NCBI GenBank assembly: GCA_963803735.1
Contig: CAWDNV010000023.1
Span: 21,406-85,405 of the forward strand
Length of the DNA: 64,000 nt
Reading direction: 5' to 3'
Source: an uncultured Acidobacteriota bacterium
Lineage (GTDB): Bacteria; Acidobacteriota; Terriglobia; Acidiferrales; UBA7541
A program made the position numbers and the translations under genes. This document shows, piece by piece, positions 37,014 through 47,162 of the stretch (positions within the stretch are counted from its first letter, which is position 1; each line of letters opens with the position of its first letter). Under the pieces are notes generated by a model that was given only the letters and a program-made list of their open reading frames with translations, was not told the origin of the DNA and ran no database searches.

Positions 37014-38669
37014 TTACTGCGATTTCTTTCGGCCCAGCAGGCCACCAAGCTTATCTGCGGCTTGCCCGACGTCCTTGCCGGTAGATGGAATCGCGCCGTT
37101 CTTAAGGCCGTTGGCGTAGCCTCCAACAATTCCGCCCACGTCTGGGACGATTTGAGGATTCGAGGTTGTGCCCTCAACTTTGAACGGTATGCCTCCGCCT
37201 GCCGCTGCCTTGGCCAAGGGCTGGGCAGCGCTGCTGCTTTGGCGACCCAGATGCGCGATCATTTTGAAATCAAGTTTGTGGTCCGGCGATATGGTCCCGT
37301 TTCCTGTCATTGCTCCGATCGACGGCACGACCACATTGAGGTTGTCGTTGCGGATGCCTTCCGGCGCGACGCGCACGTCGGAACTGAATGTTTGAATATC
37401 GGTATCTCCGACCTTACTAACGCCGGCAAGTGCTCCGAGCGAACCCATCTTCGAGCCAAGATCGAAGCCGGTCAATTTAGCGTTGGATAGATTGACAGGG
37501 CCGGTGATGACGAGTTTATCGACAGGGCCGTTGATGGCTAAGTTGGCGTTAAGAGTTCCCTGTTTTAAGGATGCTCCCGTGGGCAGCTGCATGCCCAATG
37601 CCGGCAAGACGGATTCCAAGTCGGAAGCGGGCATATTCTGGCCGTTCAGTTTCATTTGCACCGATGCAACGGCTCCAGAGTTGTTGAAAGTTCCCGTGAG
37701 GTCTGCGGTGGCTTTGCCGATGTGCACGTTGCCGCGCCGCAACTGTCCAGTTTGAGGCTTTAGTTCATACGTGGCTTCGTATTCGACGTCTACGGGCTGA
37801 CCAGCCGGAGACCCCGCAGGAACAAGCTGCAGATGGGTGACGATAGTTTTGCCGTTGGTGGTCGCGGTATGACCGTCAGAATTCAAAGTTCCACTAAAGT
37901 CGAGAACGCCTGCGATGCCGGCAGAAGGATCGATGAATCCGGTTGATTTCATATCCAAATTCTTAATTTCGAGGTTCGCATTCAGGGGAGTCGTAGAGCT
38001 GTCCTGTGGATTCAGCGGTCCAGCTTTCCCCGCGAGTTTGAGCGAGCCGTTACCAGGCGTTCTGGCGGTCAGCTCGAAAGGGAACTGCGTCGTATAAGAA
38101 AGATCCGAGGCTTTCACGTTTACCTGGTCGTAGGTGTGGGATTTCGCGTTAGCGCCCGTATTGCCAACGACCATTGTTCCATTCTTTAAAGAAAAGCTAC
38201 GGACAGAAAGGTCGGAGCTGGAGCTGCTGGAAGCGCCGCTCGAGCTTGCGGTGCTGGCACTCTTGGTTTCGCTTTGACTGGCTCCCAAGGTAGAAAAGTT
38301 CCACGTCCCAGCCTGCGAGCGAAGCAATGTCACACTGGGCTCGTCAATCGTCAAACCCGTGACGTGAATAGCGCGCGAGAAAATCAACGGGAGCAGTTCC
38401 AGATTTACGCTAAGAGATTTAGCCTTGAGAAATGGCTCCGTGCCGAAAGATGGATCGTCGGAGATGCTGACGTTGTCGACGGTGACACCGCCTGAGAGGA
38501 TCGACAAGCGAATGTTTCCGATGTCGACTTTGCGATTCAACGCGCTATTCAGCGAGGATTCAATCTCGGGACGGAAGCGATTGGCGTCGATCACAAATGG
38601 CAGCAGAACGACCACGAGCAATAGAAGGACGACGACTCCTCCGACGATATAAATAATTTTACGGGCCAT
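37014..38669 (-). CDS. AsmA-family protein.
   Basis: N-terminal anchor (KIIYIVGGVVVLLLLVVVLLPFVIDANRFRPEIES) and a long repetitive beta-rich body. Confidence 0.8.
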   Translation of the reverse strand: MARKIIYIVGGVVVLLLLVVVLLPFVIDANRFRPEIESSLNSALNRKVDIGNIRLSILSGGVTVDNVSISDDPSFGTEPFLKAKSLSVNLELLPLIFSRAIHVTGLTIDEPSVTLLRSQAGTWNFSTLGASQSETKSASTASSSGASSSSSSDLSVRSFSLKNGTMVVGNTGANAKSHTYDQVNVKASDLSYTTQFPFELTARTPGNGSLKLAGKAGPLNPQDSSTTPLNANLEIKNLDMKSTGFIDPSAGIAGVLDFSGTLNSDGHTATTNGKTIVTHLQLVPAGSPAGQPVDVEYEATYELKPQTGQLRRGNVHIGKATADLTGTFNNSGAVASVQMKLNGQNMPASDLESVLPALGMQLPTGASLKQGTLNANLAINGPVDKLVITGPVNLSNAKLTGFDLGSKMGSLGALAGVSKVGDTDIQTFSSDVRVAPEGIRNDNLNVVVPSIGAMTGNGTISPDHKLDFKMIAHLGRQSSSAAQPLAKAAAGGGIPFKVEGTTSNPQIVPDVGGIVGGYANGLKNGAIPSTGKDVGQAADKLGGLLGRKKSQ

Positions 38670-38858
38670 TTTGCGCCTCCGGACTCAGACTGGGCAGGTT
38701 GATAACTTGCCAACTTAATAGAGTGTAACTCTTAAAGCTCCAGGTCGATACGCCGTTACATGCATGGTTAGGCACCTGATACGGAGATTACGCTACAACG
38801 TACAGCATCACCCTGATATGGTCTAGTGACCACCCCGAATGTTATCGGAGGGAAATAC

Positions 38859-39533
38859 ATGCGTTTAGCGAGAGTTTCAGCCTGGATTTGTGCGTTGACG
38901 TTGGTTGGTTTGTGCGGATGCCGCTCCTCACAGAACGGCGGTAGCTCTGGCAACGCTGCGGACGGCACCACTAGTTCATCCGCTTCGGCGGCACAGCCAG
39001 CGCCGCAACAAGAGGCACCGCCAATCGTCATCCCAGCGGGAACCACCTTTAGTGTCACCATCGACCAGTCTGTCAGCTCGAAGGATAGCCAGCCTGACCT
39101 ACGGGTGGCAGCTTCCCTGGCCGATCCAATCATCGTAGATGGTCGCGGGGTAATTCGGCGGGGAGCGAAAGTTACAGCCAAAGTGATCAATGCGAAATCA
39201 GCAGGCAGATTCAAGGGCAGCGCCGAACTGGGCATCACGCTGACTTCGGTTGACGTGGATGGACACAGTTATCCGGTCCATACCACTAACTACAGCGAGA
39301 CGACCAAGGGGCGCGGAACGAGAACCGCCGAAGGCGCGGCCATAGGCGCTGGTGCGGGAGCACTCATTGGCGCACTCGCGGGTCACGGCAAAGGAGCTGC
39401 GATCGGTGCCGGTGCCGGTGGCGGGGCAGGAGTCGCAGGCGCGGCGATGACGGGCAATCGAGACGTCACGATTGCGGCAGAGACAAAACTCAACTTCAGA
39501 CTAACAAAAGCCATGGAAATTCAGCAAAAATAG
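38859..39533 (+). CDS. Lipoprotein with a C-terminal glycine-zipper region.
   Basis: Lipobox LVGLCGC after MRLARVSAWICALT, with a GGAGGG RBS. C-terminal GAAIGAGAGALIGALAGHGKGAAIGAGAGGGAG. Confidence 0.65.
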   Translation: MRLARVSAWICALTLVGLCGCRSSQNGGSSGNAADGTTSSSASAAQPAPQQEAPPIVIPAGTTFSVTIDQSVSSKDSQPDLRVAASLADPIIVDGRGVIRRGAKVTAKVINAKSAGRFKGSAELGITLTSVDVDGHSYPVHTTNYSETTKGRGTRTAEGAAIGAGAGALIGALAGHGKGAAIGAGAGGGAGVAGAAMTGNRDVTIAAETKLNFRLTKAMEIQQK

Positions 39534-39582
39534 GGCCAGAAAGTTTTAAGCGCCGGACAACAGTTGAGCGCGCGCTGTTGGA

Positions 39583-40686
39583 CTAACGCGCCAGTGCGGT
39601 ATCGGATGGCGTCTCGGTCGTAAAACCAGTCGGTCGCGGCCGATATCCATTTCTCGTGCGAATCCGGAAGTTTTTCAACTTCTCGCCCATTAGTTTCACG
39701 TTAATTGTGCGCCAGCCTCGATTCGGATTAGGCTGCGGATAATAGCTCAAAGCATAGAGGTGTGAGAGGTCCTCGCGGACGGAAGCGAAGGCCTGCTGCT
39801 GTTCATTCCAGTTTTTGGCAAAGTAGACCTGCCCCCCCGTGCTGGCGCTTATCCGCTCGAATACGGCGGTGCTAACCGGGTCCTGTTTCGCTTCCCGCGT
39901 GCTGATCATGTAGATGGGAATGCCTTCCGATTGCGCCAGCTCTCCTACACCTTCCGGAGGAACCATACTGGCGTTATCCGGCCCATTCGAAAAGGCGACG
40001 ATCACTTTGCGGCCGGTGTACTGGCCGGCATCTCGCAGAACGAGCAAAAGCGCGTTATAGAGGGCGGCGTCGGCCCCTGCGACCGTCGAACGCACACCAC
40101 GCAGGACCTGGGAGCGGTCCGCAGTGAGCAAAGCGTCGCGCGCAACGTCCCGGCTGTAAGAATAGAAAGCAATCTTCGCGGTGCCATCAAGAGAGCGAAC
40201 GAAATCTGAAATCGCATCCTGAGCGTAGACGAATCCGCGGTACATATAATTGCTCGTATCAAAAAGAATGAAAACGTTGGCACCTGCGGAGCTGATCTGG
40301 GGCGACGGCGAGGTTGCAGTCTTCGGATCGGAAACGCCAGAGGCCGACGGGGTAGGGCCTTGCTGAGAAGGATTGACCAGCGAAATAGGGCCCTGGTTTC
40401 CTTCTTCAAAAGTGGCCAGCTTCTGCGGAATGGTATCTTCCACTATTTCAAAGTCTGAGGGGCGGAGACCGGTGACATAATTTCCTTTCCGATCGATGAC
40501 CGCCACGTTCAACTGCACCATATCGACGTTGACGCGGAAGACCGTGTCGTTATCGGTATCGGAAGCGCCAGCGTTATCGGGAGCGGGCGGAGGCGGGGCG
40601 CTCTGCTGGCTGCGGATTTGAGGGCTGAGAGACAGAACGAAGAATATAAGAACGAAGGTTCCGACCAGATGGTATCTTCTCATCAT
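39583..40686 (-). CDS. VWA-domain protein of the acidobacterial VWFA-related type (TIGR03436-like).
   Basis: N-terminal anchor, beta-sandwich-like segment (FRVNVDMVQLNVAVIDRKGNYVTGLRPSDFEIVED), then a VWA fold with DTSNY where the MIDAS DxSxS would sit. Confidence 0.8.
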   Translation of the reverse strand: MMRRYHLVGTFVLIFFVLSLSPQIRSQQSAPPPPAPDNAGASDTDNDTVFRVNVDMVQLNVAVIDRKGNYVTGLRPSDFEIVEDTIPQKLATFEEGNQGPISLVNPSQQGPTPSASGVSDPKTATSPSPQISSAGANVFILFDTSNYMYRGFVYAQDAISDFVRSLDGTAKIAFYSYSRDVARDALLTADRSQVLRGVRSTVAGADAALYNALLLVLRDAGQYTGRKVIVAFSNGPDNASMVPPEGVGELAQSEGIPIYMISTREAKQDPVSTAVFERISASTGGQVYFAKNWNEQQQAFASVREDLSHLYALSYYPQPNPNRGWRTINVKLMGEKLKNFRIRTRNGYRPRPTGFTTETPSDTALAR

Positions 40687-40746
40687 CCCTCCGACGGGCC
40701 TGAGCCGACAGCGTAATCTTGATCTCGATACGGCGTTGCTAATCTA

Positions 40747-43700
40747 CTAAAAGCCAGAAGCGACCGCGCTCTTCGGCAATGGAGCGACTTTTCCCTGCCG
40801 GAATTCATCCCCGGTTTGTCGCATAGCCCGAAGCACCGCCGGCCAATCTTCAAAATGCGTAGCAAAGATCTTTTCTATCATTCGATGCGTCAATTCAGGA
40901 ACCAAGCGATTCAACATTACAGGCGAATAGCCTAATTCATCCGTCAGTCGCGCCCAATAAAGATTATTGGACTCCCAGGATTCCGCCATAAGACGGCTCG
41001 AATATCCCATGATCGCGGGGAAGGGCTTCACATTAAGCAGTTCGCGAGCATAAGTTTGCGCGAGGGCTGGATGGGGAACACCAAAGTCGTCGGCAAGCCG
41101 TTCCGGACTGACCTCGTCGGGATAACGGCTGGCGATAGATTCCAACTCCGTACCTGAGGAGCGCCAATAGCTATTCTGACCAGGGAAGCGCCGGCGGAAT
41201 TCCGCCGCGAGATAAAACGTCTCTGCCGGGGTGACTTCGGCCAAGACCTGCTGAACGGCACCGGTACGAAGGTCATTTCCAATCAGCTCCTGCTTTTGAG
41301 GCAGAGTTCGGTCGGAAAGGATTTCCAAGACGCGCGGGCGCAAGTCCGCATTGGCAGCCGCGGCAGAAAGGAGCTCTTCACCGGTGCGCTGGTAAAGCGT
41401 GACGGCGTGCAGTTCCGTTGGAGTCACTCGCCACCAGCGGGGAAGTATGGCACTGGTAAGCAGACTGGGAACAAGATCTTCCCACACGAGGGCCTGCACG
41501 TTTTCCGGAACGATGAAATCCTGCTCGGTCTGGGCGAGCACGTAGGGTAGATCGGCGAGCGATCCTACCAAATGAGCTCCACCGCCGGCAGCCCAGCCGC
41601 GACCGAATAGGAGCGGCGTGTGCCAAGCCTGATCACTACTTACAATCGTCAATCCCGCGAAATCGTGATAGCGCACGAAGAGAGGGTTATTGTGGAGCAT
41701 CTGAGCGCCTGGCGGCTCGTAGTAGGCGTAATTCAAGCCGACCAGGGTGTCGCGCAGGAATGGCGCGAGTTGGCCGCGTGCGTCGGCGACTTCTTGCGGT
41801 GACTTTGGCGACTCGATGATTTGCACGAGGGTGCGGCCGGCCTTCAGCTCGGTCTGACGATTATCGTAGAGTCCGCCTGCCCAAGCTGTCCTTTCACGAT
41901 TGGTGAACATGGGGCGGGGCATTTCGAACTCGCGAAGTTCGTTGGCAACCGGAACGAGAGCCTGGGCGGTCGTTTTTCCTTCCGACAACCGATTCAAGCC
42001 GCTCCCGAGAGAGAAGAGCGTATCGAGCGAAGCAAGCCGCTGCGATTCCATAACCGCACGCATGCGGTTGGCCAGCAACTGGCGCACTTGTCTGCCATCG
42101 GCACTTGATTGCCCAGGTCCCGCAAGCAGGGCGATGAGCTCGTTTTCCGAGAAGTTGGCTGGGCCGTTCGCGTCGTGCACGACTTCTAATAGCGCGGCAT
42201 GTGCCGCGTCAAAAATTTGCGCCGGCGTGGAGGCGTGTGCAAAAGGAGCGAGCAAGCGTTCCCAGGAATCGTTCAGATTAGAGGCGGGAATTTGTCCTTG
42301 CCGCACCAGGATTTCCCAGAGGCCGATGTTTGCCTGCAAGGTGCCAATGGCATTCGCTCGCACTGTGCGATCCGGAATACGATCCACCGCGTCGCCGGTA
42401 GCGAGGAAACGCGTGATGGACTGATCATCCAGATCGTGAAATTCGGAAAAAATGAGGTACTGATCGTTGAACTTCGCGAACTTATCGGCAAGAAGCCGCA
42501 CTGTCTGCGGGCTCAGACGCCTATCAGTGAGACGCGCGCGGTCGATTTCCGAGAGGGTCAAAAAAGTTTGCAATGGGCCGGTCGTAAGCGAGCGGGAAAG
42601 TCCGAACATACCCTCTACAAGCTGCTCGGAATTGTTCCAGCCTCCGGCTTTGTGGGCCCATTCGGACGCGACTTTAGAATTAGCTTGCCGCTTGACGATC
42701 TCCTTCCATACTTGAACATTGCCTGGAACGAGCGGTTCGCCTTTTGAGTCGAACTGGAGACGACTAACGAGGAGTAAAAGCCCGGGATTGGGACGAAATA
42801 CCAGGAATTTCGCGGGTCCCGGATGAGGATCGTTCCCGCGCAGAGCCTGATAAAAACGCGGCAGCCTGCGCGAATCGGTAAAATAGGCGAGCTGCCTTTG
42901 CTTCAACCGAGAGAGGGCGTCGAAATACGCTGCAAGCCAGCCTTCATCTCTAGACCACAATTTGCTCAAAAACTCTTCAGGTGAATCCGGCGAGGCACCC
43001 ACCAACTGCTTCCATGCAGGCTCCGCGGCAGCTCCGCCGGGGACGACAACGTGACCGGAGCGAATGGAGATTTCCGAGCCATAGAAATCAAGGAGGGCAG
43101 TAGAAGGTACGAGCCTAGGCAATCCCGGCGCACGCCGCAGCGACTCGCGGGTTTCGTTATCCATGCGAGCTAGGGCCCAGTAGAGGCGTGACTTGAGGGG
43201 GTCTTCAATAAGGGAAGTCAGGAAATCCGCATTCGCGTTCTCGCTGTTTTTGTCGTTCAGCTTCCAGTCTTCGGCTTTGAAGATCAAGGGCACCGGTGAA
43301 GAAGGATAGGGGTAAGCGAAGGGCTTGGATTCGCGCAGAGCTTGTTCGAGTTCGGCAATCGGGAAGCCAGAGTCATTGGCGACAAAGGCGCGTTCGGGTT
43401 CCCCGGCCTCGAGTTCGCTATCCGGCCCACATCCCTGCTTGAGGCGGTAGCCAATGACGGCCAACAGGCGGTCAGCTTCACGGCAATTGGTTACGCTCAA
43501 GACTTCGTGGGTTCCCGCAAGCGACTGCAGCTCTTTGGCTTGTTGCAGATATCTTTTCAGGAGGATAAGGAACTCGGTGGGTTTTGGATCCTTCTCGGGC
43601 GATCCTCGATAGCCATCAATAACGACGTTGCGGGCCAGCAGGGGCAGCACTTCCGACGGTGCGATTTGCTGGCTGATTGCGGCCATGCGCAAAAAAGGTT

Positions 43701-43869
43701 TGAGGGGACCGGGAATGACTACCTGAGTTTGGTCGTCAGCAGTTCGCGCGGGCTGAATCGATTCCTCGGTTTGAGGAAGGCCGGCTCTCAGAAGGCCAGC
43801 AACAAAGCAGAGGCATACGGAGAGAGAAAACTTCAAAAGGAAGGCAGATCGGCCAGTGGAACATTGCAT
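40747..43869 (-). CDS. 1040-aa exported protein of unknown function.
   Basis: Signal peptide (FLLKFSLSVCLCFVAGLLRAG). No motif I recognise. Same strand as the VWA gene and 60 nt upstream of it. Confidence 0.75.
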   Translation of the reverse strand: MQCSTGRSAFLLKFSLSVCLCFVAGLLRAGLPQTEESIQPARTADDQTQVVIPGPLKPFLRMAAISQQIAPSEVLPLLARNVVIDGYRGSPEKDPKPTEFLILLKRYLQQAKELQSLAGTHEVLSVTNCREADRLLAVIGYRLKQGCGPDSELEAGEPERAFVANDSGFPIAELEQALRESKPFAYPYPSSPVPLIFKAEDWKLNDKNSENANADFLTSLIEDPLKSRLYWALARMDNETRESLRRAPGLPRLVPSTALLDFYGSEISIRSGHVVVPGGAAAEPAWKQLVGASPDSPEEFLSKLWSRDEGWLAAYFDALSRLKQRQLAYFTDSRRLPRFYQALRGNDPHPGPAKFLVFRPNPGLLLLVSRLQFDSKGEPLVPGNVQVWKEIVKRQANSKVASEWAHKAGGWNNSEQLVEGMFGLSRSLTTGPLQTFLTLSEIDRARLTDRRLSPQTVRLLADKFAKFNDQYLIFSEFHDLDDQSITRFLATGDAVDRIPDRTVRANAIGTLQANIGLWEILVRQGQIPASNLNDSWERLLAPFAHASTPAQIFDAAHAALLEVVHDANGPANFSENELIALLAGPGQSSADGRQVRQLLANRMRAVMESQRLASLDTLFSLGSGLNRLSEGKTTAQALVPVANELREFEMPRPMFTNRERTAWAGGLYDNRQTELKAGRTLVQIIESPKSPQEVADARGQLAPFLRDTLVGLNYAYYEPPGAQMLHNNPLFVRYHDFAGLTIVSSDQAWHTPLLFGRGWAAGGGAHLVGSLADLPYVLAQTEQDFIVPENVQALVWEDLVPSLLTSAILPRWWRVTPTELHAVTLYQRTGEELLSAAAANADLRPRVLEILSDRTLPQKQELIGNDLRTGAVQQVLAEVTPAETFYLAAEFRRRFPGQNSYWRSSGTELESIASRYPDEVSPERLADDFGVPHPALAQTYARELLNVKPFPAIMGYSSRLMAESWESNNLYWARLTDELGYSPVMLNRLVPELTHRMIEKIFATHFEDWPAVLRAMRQTGDEFRQGKVAPLPKSAVASGF

Positions 43870-44437
43870 GGCCCGAACCTCCGGGTGAGCTTCAGGATCT
43901 CGATCTATTCGCCGACCGGCACGGAGATGAAAGCAAATCGGCCGCCACTCGTTTCAAACCATCGACCTGATCCAGAAGCCATCCGATTGGTTTCTTTGGC
44001 CCAAGCGGACTTGGCTAGTGGCGGAATGCTCAACCCTCGCGGGCCGCGCCGCATGTTTATGGGCGGGAAGATTAGATCATCTTCAGGATTGGGTCAATCC
44101 GTTCTAACCCCTAGCAAGCCGACGGCTTTAGAGGGGCAAAGCTGCACAAAGGATGCCATCGGAGGTCAAGCGGTGTCATGCATATGACGGCAGCATTTCT
44201 GTGCGTCGGAGGTTAAAGGGGAGGAGTTGGTGCCTGGGCGAGGAATTGGTGCTGGACGCGGAAGAAGGTGACTTAGGCAGGTCTAAGAAATAAGAGGCGA
44301 TGCGGGCGTGTTCGAAGTTCGATGCGGCCCTGTGGTGAACTATAGGGCCTCACGGAGCCGCCAGGTGTGGTTAACTCAAAGCGCCGGCTCGTGAATCCAA
44401 TGAGCGCTTTCCCAGCGTTGCTTTAACTGCTCTAACT

Positions 44438-45031
44438 GTGACCTCGAAAATGACAGCTGCAGGCAGCATTTACCTGGCGGACTTTCGAAATCTGAATTTT
44501 CTGGGGTTAGTTCGTCGTCTCGTACGGAGAAAGGCACTGGCGGCGATTCCTGCAGGGCAACCCGCTCCGGCGATTATGCTGAAGGATGTTGACGGACGGC
44601 GAGTGTGTCTGGCGGACGCGCTGAAGAAAGGGCCCGTGCTGGTTGCCTTCTTCAAGGTGAACTGCGTAACGTCTCAGCTCACGTTTCCATTCCTTCAGCG
44701 GATCCATGAGATGTATGGCGGATCGAATTTCAGTTTGTGGGGAATTTCTCAAAACCACCCGAGAGATACGAGGCAATTCATCCGAAAATATGGTATCAAG
44801 TTCCCGATTCTGATCGATGGTAAAGGCTACCCTGTTTCGAACCGGTATGGCCTGACGAATTCTCCAACCTTGTTCCTGATCATGCCAGACGGCCGCATCC
44901 ACATCACTTGCGTCGGCTTTGCGAAGGCCGACCTCGAGGCGATTTGCGTAGAAGCGGCTCGGGTGACCGGGAAACAACCTGAACCGCTCTTCAAAGAGGA
45001 CGATGGGGTGCCACTACTCAAGCCTGGTTGA
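44438..45031 (+). CDS. Thioredoxin-fold redoxin (AhpC/TSA/TlpA-like) with a CxxS motif.
   Basis: GQPAPAIMLKDVDGRRVCLADALKKGPVLVAFFKVNCVTSQ shows the typical redoxin N-terminal topology. The start is uncertain (GTG 44438 or ATG 44450). Confidence 0.65.
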   Translation: MTSKMTAAGSIYLADFRNLNFLGLVRRLVRRKALAAIPAGQPAPAIMLKDVDGRRVCLADALKKGPVLVAFFKVNCVTSQLTFPFLQRIHEMYGGSNFSLWGISQNHPRDTRQFIRKYGIKFPILIDGKGYPVSNRYGLTNSPTLFLIMPDGRIHITCVGFAKADLEAICVEAARVTGKQPEPLFKEDDGVPLLKPG

Positions 45032-45175
45032 GTGGCCCGCAACTAGGTTCCGTGCGAACCTGCCATATTGTCCCTAACCAGGCGAGGGCAAACTTTCAAA
45101 GACAACAATACTTCCCTTTTTTTCCCTACAGGCCAGTATCGGCGCGCGGGCCATTCGCCGTAGACTCCGCGCGCC

Positions 45176-45634
45176 ATGAAAACTTATCCAGCAGCATCGG
45201 TTTATTCTGCATCTTTAAACGAAAGCTTTCGTCCACGATTTATAACGGCAGCTCGAAAATTCCGCCAGCTGATAGCGGTGGCCGCGATCGTCGCCAGCTT
45301 ATGTTTTTCGGGTTGTTCTTCAATGCCGTCAACGTCTTCGGCGTCTAATTTTGCGGCTGGCGGCGCGAATCCGGGTTCGAATTTCGTTTCGGGTCACGAC
45401 GTCACGTTGAATTGGAATGCCAGCGTTTCTTCGGGAGTCGAAGGCTACAACGTGTACCGTGGAAGCGTGTCCGGCGGGCCATACGCCAGGATGAACTCGT
45501 CGGCGGTTACCATTACCAGCTATAACGACAATGCCGTTCAACCCGGCCAAACCTATTTCTATGTTGTCACCTCAATCAGCCTAAACAATGTCGAGAGCTC
45601 GTTCTCTAACGAAGTGATGGCACCAATACCCTGA
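45176..45634 (+). CDS. Small lipoprotein consisting of a single FN3 domain.
   Basis: Lipobox LCFSGC. FN3 signature (TLNWNAS...GYNVYRGSVSGGPY...TYFYVVTS). Confidence 0.7.
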   Translation: MKTYPAASVYSASLNESFRPRFITAARKFRQLIAVAAIVASLCFSGCSSMPSTSSASNFAAGGANPGSNFVSGHDVTLNWNASVSSGVEGYNVYRGSVSGGPYARMNSSAVTITSYNDNAVQPGQTYFYVVTSISLNNVESSFSNEVMAPIP

Positions 45635-45677
45635 ATCCCCCCGTATTCCGGGAGAATCGCGGAGATAGGTTCGCCGC

Positions 45678-47024
45678 TCAGTCCGAGACTTCGGTTCTAA
45701 CGGGGACCGCATCTGGCTGTTCCACTGATGCTCCCTGAGATCGCGGCAGCAGGGGAGCGCATTGCTCCTTGAGATGGGCCAGCCAATTAAGCCTGGGCTG
45801 ACGTTCCTTAACGTGCAGAATTCGATGCGCTACTGCGGGAGAGGCAAATTCAGCACCCGCAACAAAGCGCATTAAAGGACCGAAGCTCCAAGCCGCGGGA
45901 GCACCTACAAAGTGCATGCCAGGCAAGGAGGTCTCGAATCCCTCGTCGAGCACGGGAAAACCGCCAACGCGTTCGATTTTTTCCACAACTTGCGACGAAA
46001 GAAACGGGTAGCGAGCGATGTCAACGTGGAATCCGGTTCCGAGAAGCACGTGATCAAAGAGGGACTCAGAACTGTCGTTCAATTGCACGCAGATGCGTTC
46101 TCCCTGGGAACGAGCTTGAACGACAAATCGCCCCATGTTAATCGTCACATTCGCTGTGCGCGCCTTTACCCAGCATGAGGCTGCAGGACGAATTGCGCGT
46201 GGTCCCCACAAATCTTGAATCCCGCGTGGCAAGCGACGAAACAGGTTGGGCCGTTGCACGAGCAGGCTCACTCCTGCCGGACCGACATCAGCCGGCCCAT
46301 ACAACATCCGGCCGACGACTTTTCCGTGCATCCAATGGCGCTTTACACCCAACCAGCGCATCACGGGACCGCGGACCAAGACCTGTACGCGAGCTCCGGC
46401 CTCGTCCAGCAGAACGGCCGATTCGAGGGCGCTTTGTCCGGCACCGATGACAAGCACCTCTTTGTGGCGGAATTTGCTGAGATCGTTGTGGTGCGATGTG
46501 TGTGATACGAGACAAGGAGGCAAATCCGCGAAGGGTTTCGGTACACGGGCAAAGGGAGCTATGCCGCCCGCGACCACTACCTTTTTTGCCCGCAGGGATT
46601 CTCCACCCTCGAAGACGAGATCGAATCCCCCCGGGACCAAATTAATGGATGACACAACGCGAGTGTCGATAGGCAAGTCCGCCTGCCTGAGAAACCAGCG
46701 GCCATACTCTACGAAGTCTTGAAGTGGAATCTTCTTCGCCATGTCTTGGGCGATAAAGTCTTCGGTTACCGTCGGAGGCACTTTGACGGCGAAGGCTCCG
46801 TTTGCCTTTTCATAGGCATCCACAGTGAAACGGCGCTGCGGGTCGGAGAGGTGCGAGGCGACGCGCGGAGATCGAAGAAGCATTCCCGCGGGCATGTTGC
46901 GTTCCCAAAACGACATGGGTTCGCCGATGACCCTCAGATCCATTAATTTTGCCTGGCGCAGATGAGCCGCCACCGAAAGACCGTAAGGTCCAGCGCCTAA
47001 GACGGCTACGTCGCACGTGTCCAT
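45678..47024 (-). CDS. FAD/NAD(P)-binding oxidoreductase (flavin monooxygenase-like).
   Basis: Two dinucleotide-binding motifs (VAVLGAGPYG, VLVIGAGQSALE). Confidence 0.8.
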   Translation of the reverse strand: MDTCDVAVLGAGPYGLSVAAHLRQAKLMDLRVIGEPMSFWERNMPAGMLLRSPRVASHLSDPQRRFTVDAYEKANGAFAVKVPPTVTEDFIAQDMAKKIPLQDFVEYGRWFLRQADLPIDTRVVSSINLVPGGFDLVFEGGESLRAKKVVVAGGIAPFARVPKPFADLPPCLVSHTSHHNDLSKFRHKEVLVIGAGQSALESAVLLDEAGARVQVLVRGPVMRWLGVKRHWMHGKVVGRMLYGPADVGPAGVSLLVQRPNLFRRLPRGIQDLWGPRAIRPAASCWVKARTANVTINMGRFVVQARSQGERICVQLNDSSESLFDHVLLGTGFHVDIARYPFLSSQVVEKIERVGGFPVLDEGFETSLPGMHFVGAPAAWSFGPLMRFVAGAEFASPAVAHRILHVKERQPRLNWLAHLKEQCAPLLPRSQGASVEQPDAVPVRTEVSD

Positions 47025-47162
47025 GGGTCAACGGCTCCTAGAATCGGCCTTAAAATCTAAAACTGGTGCCAAGAACGAAACTTTTATAGTTCAACCCTGC
47101 AACGAAACGCCTCGAGCCTTCTAGTACGGGACAGGGCTACTTCTATAAGATGCGACGCCAGC

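Noticed and set aside
43342-44187. 281-aa plus-strand ORF reaching into the 570-nt gap before the redoxin gene.
   Set aside because: Most of it is antisense to the N-terminus of the 1040-aa protein. The remainder has no RBS or coding-like composition. I leave 43870-44437 as a divergent promoter region.
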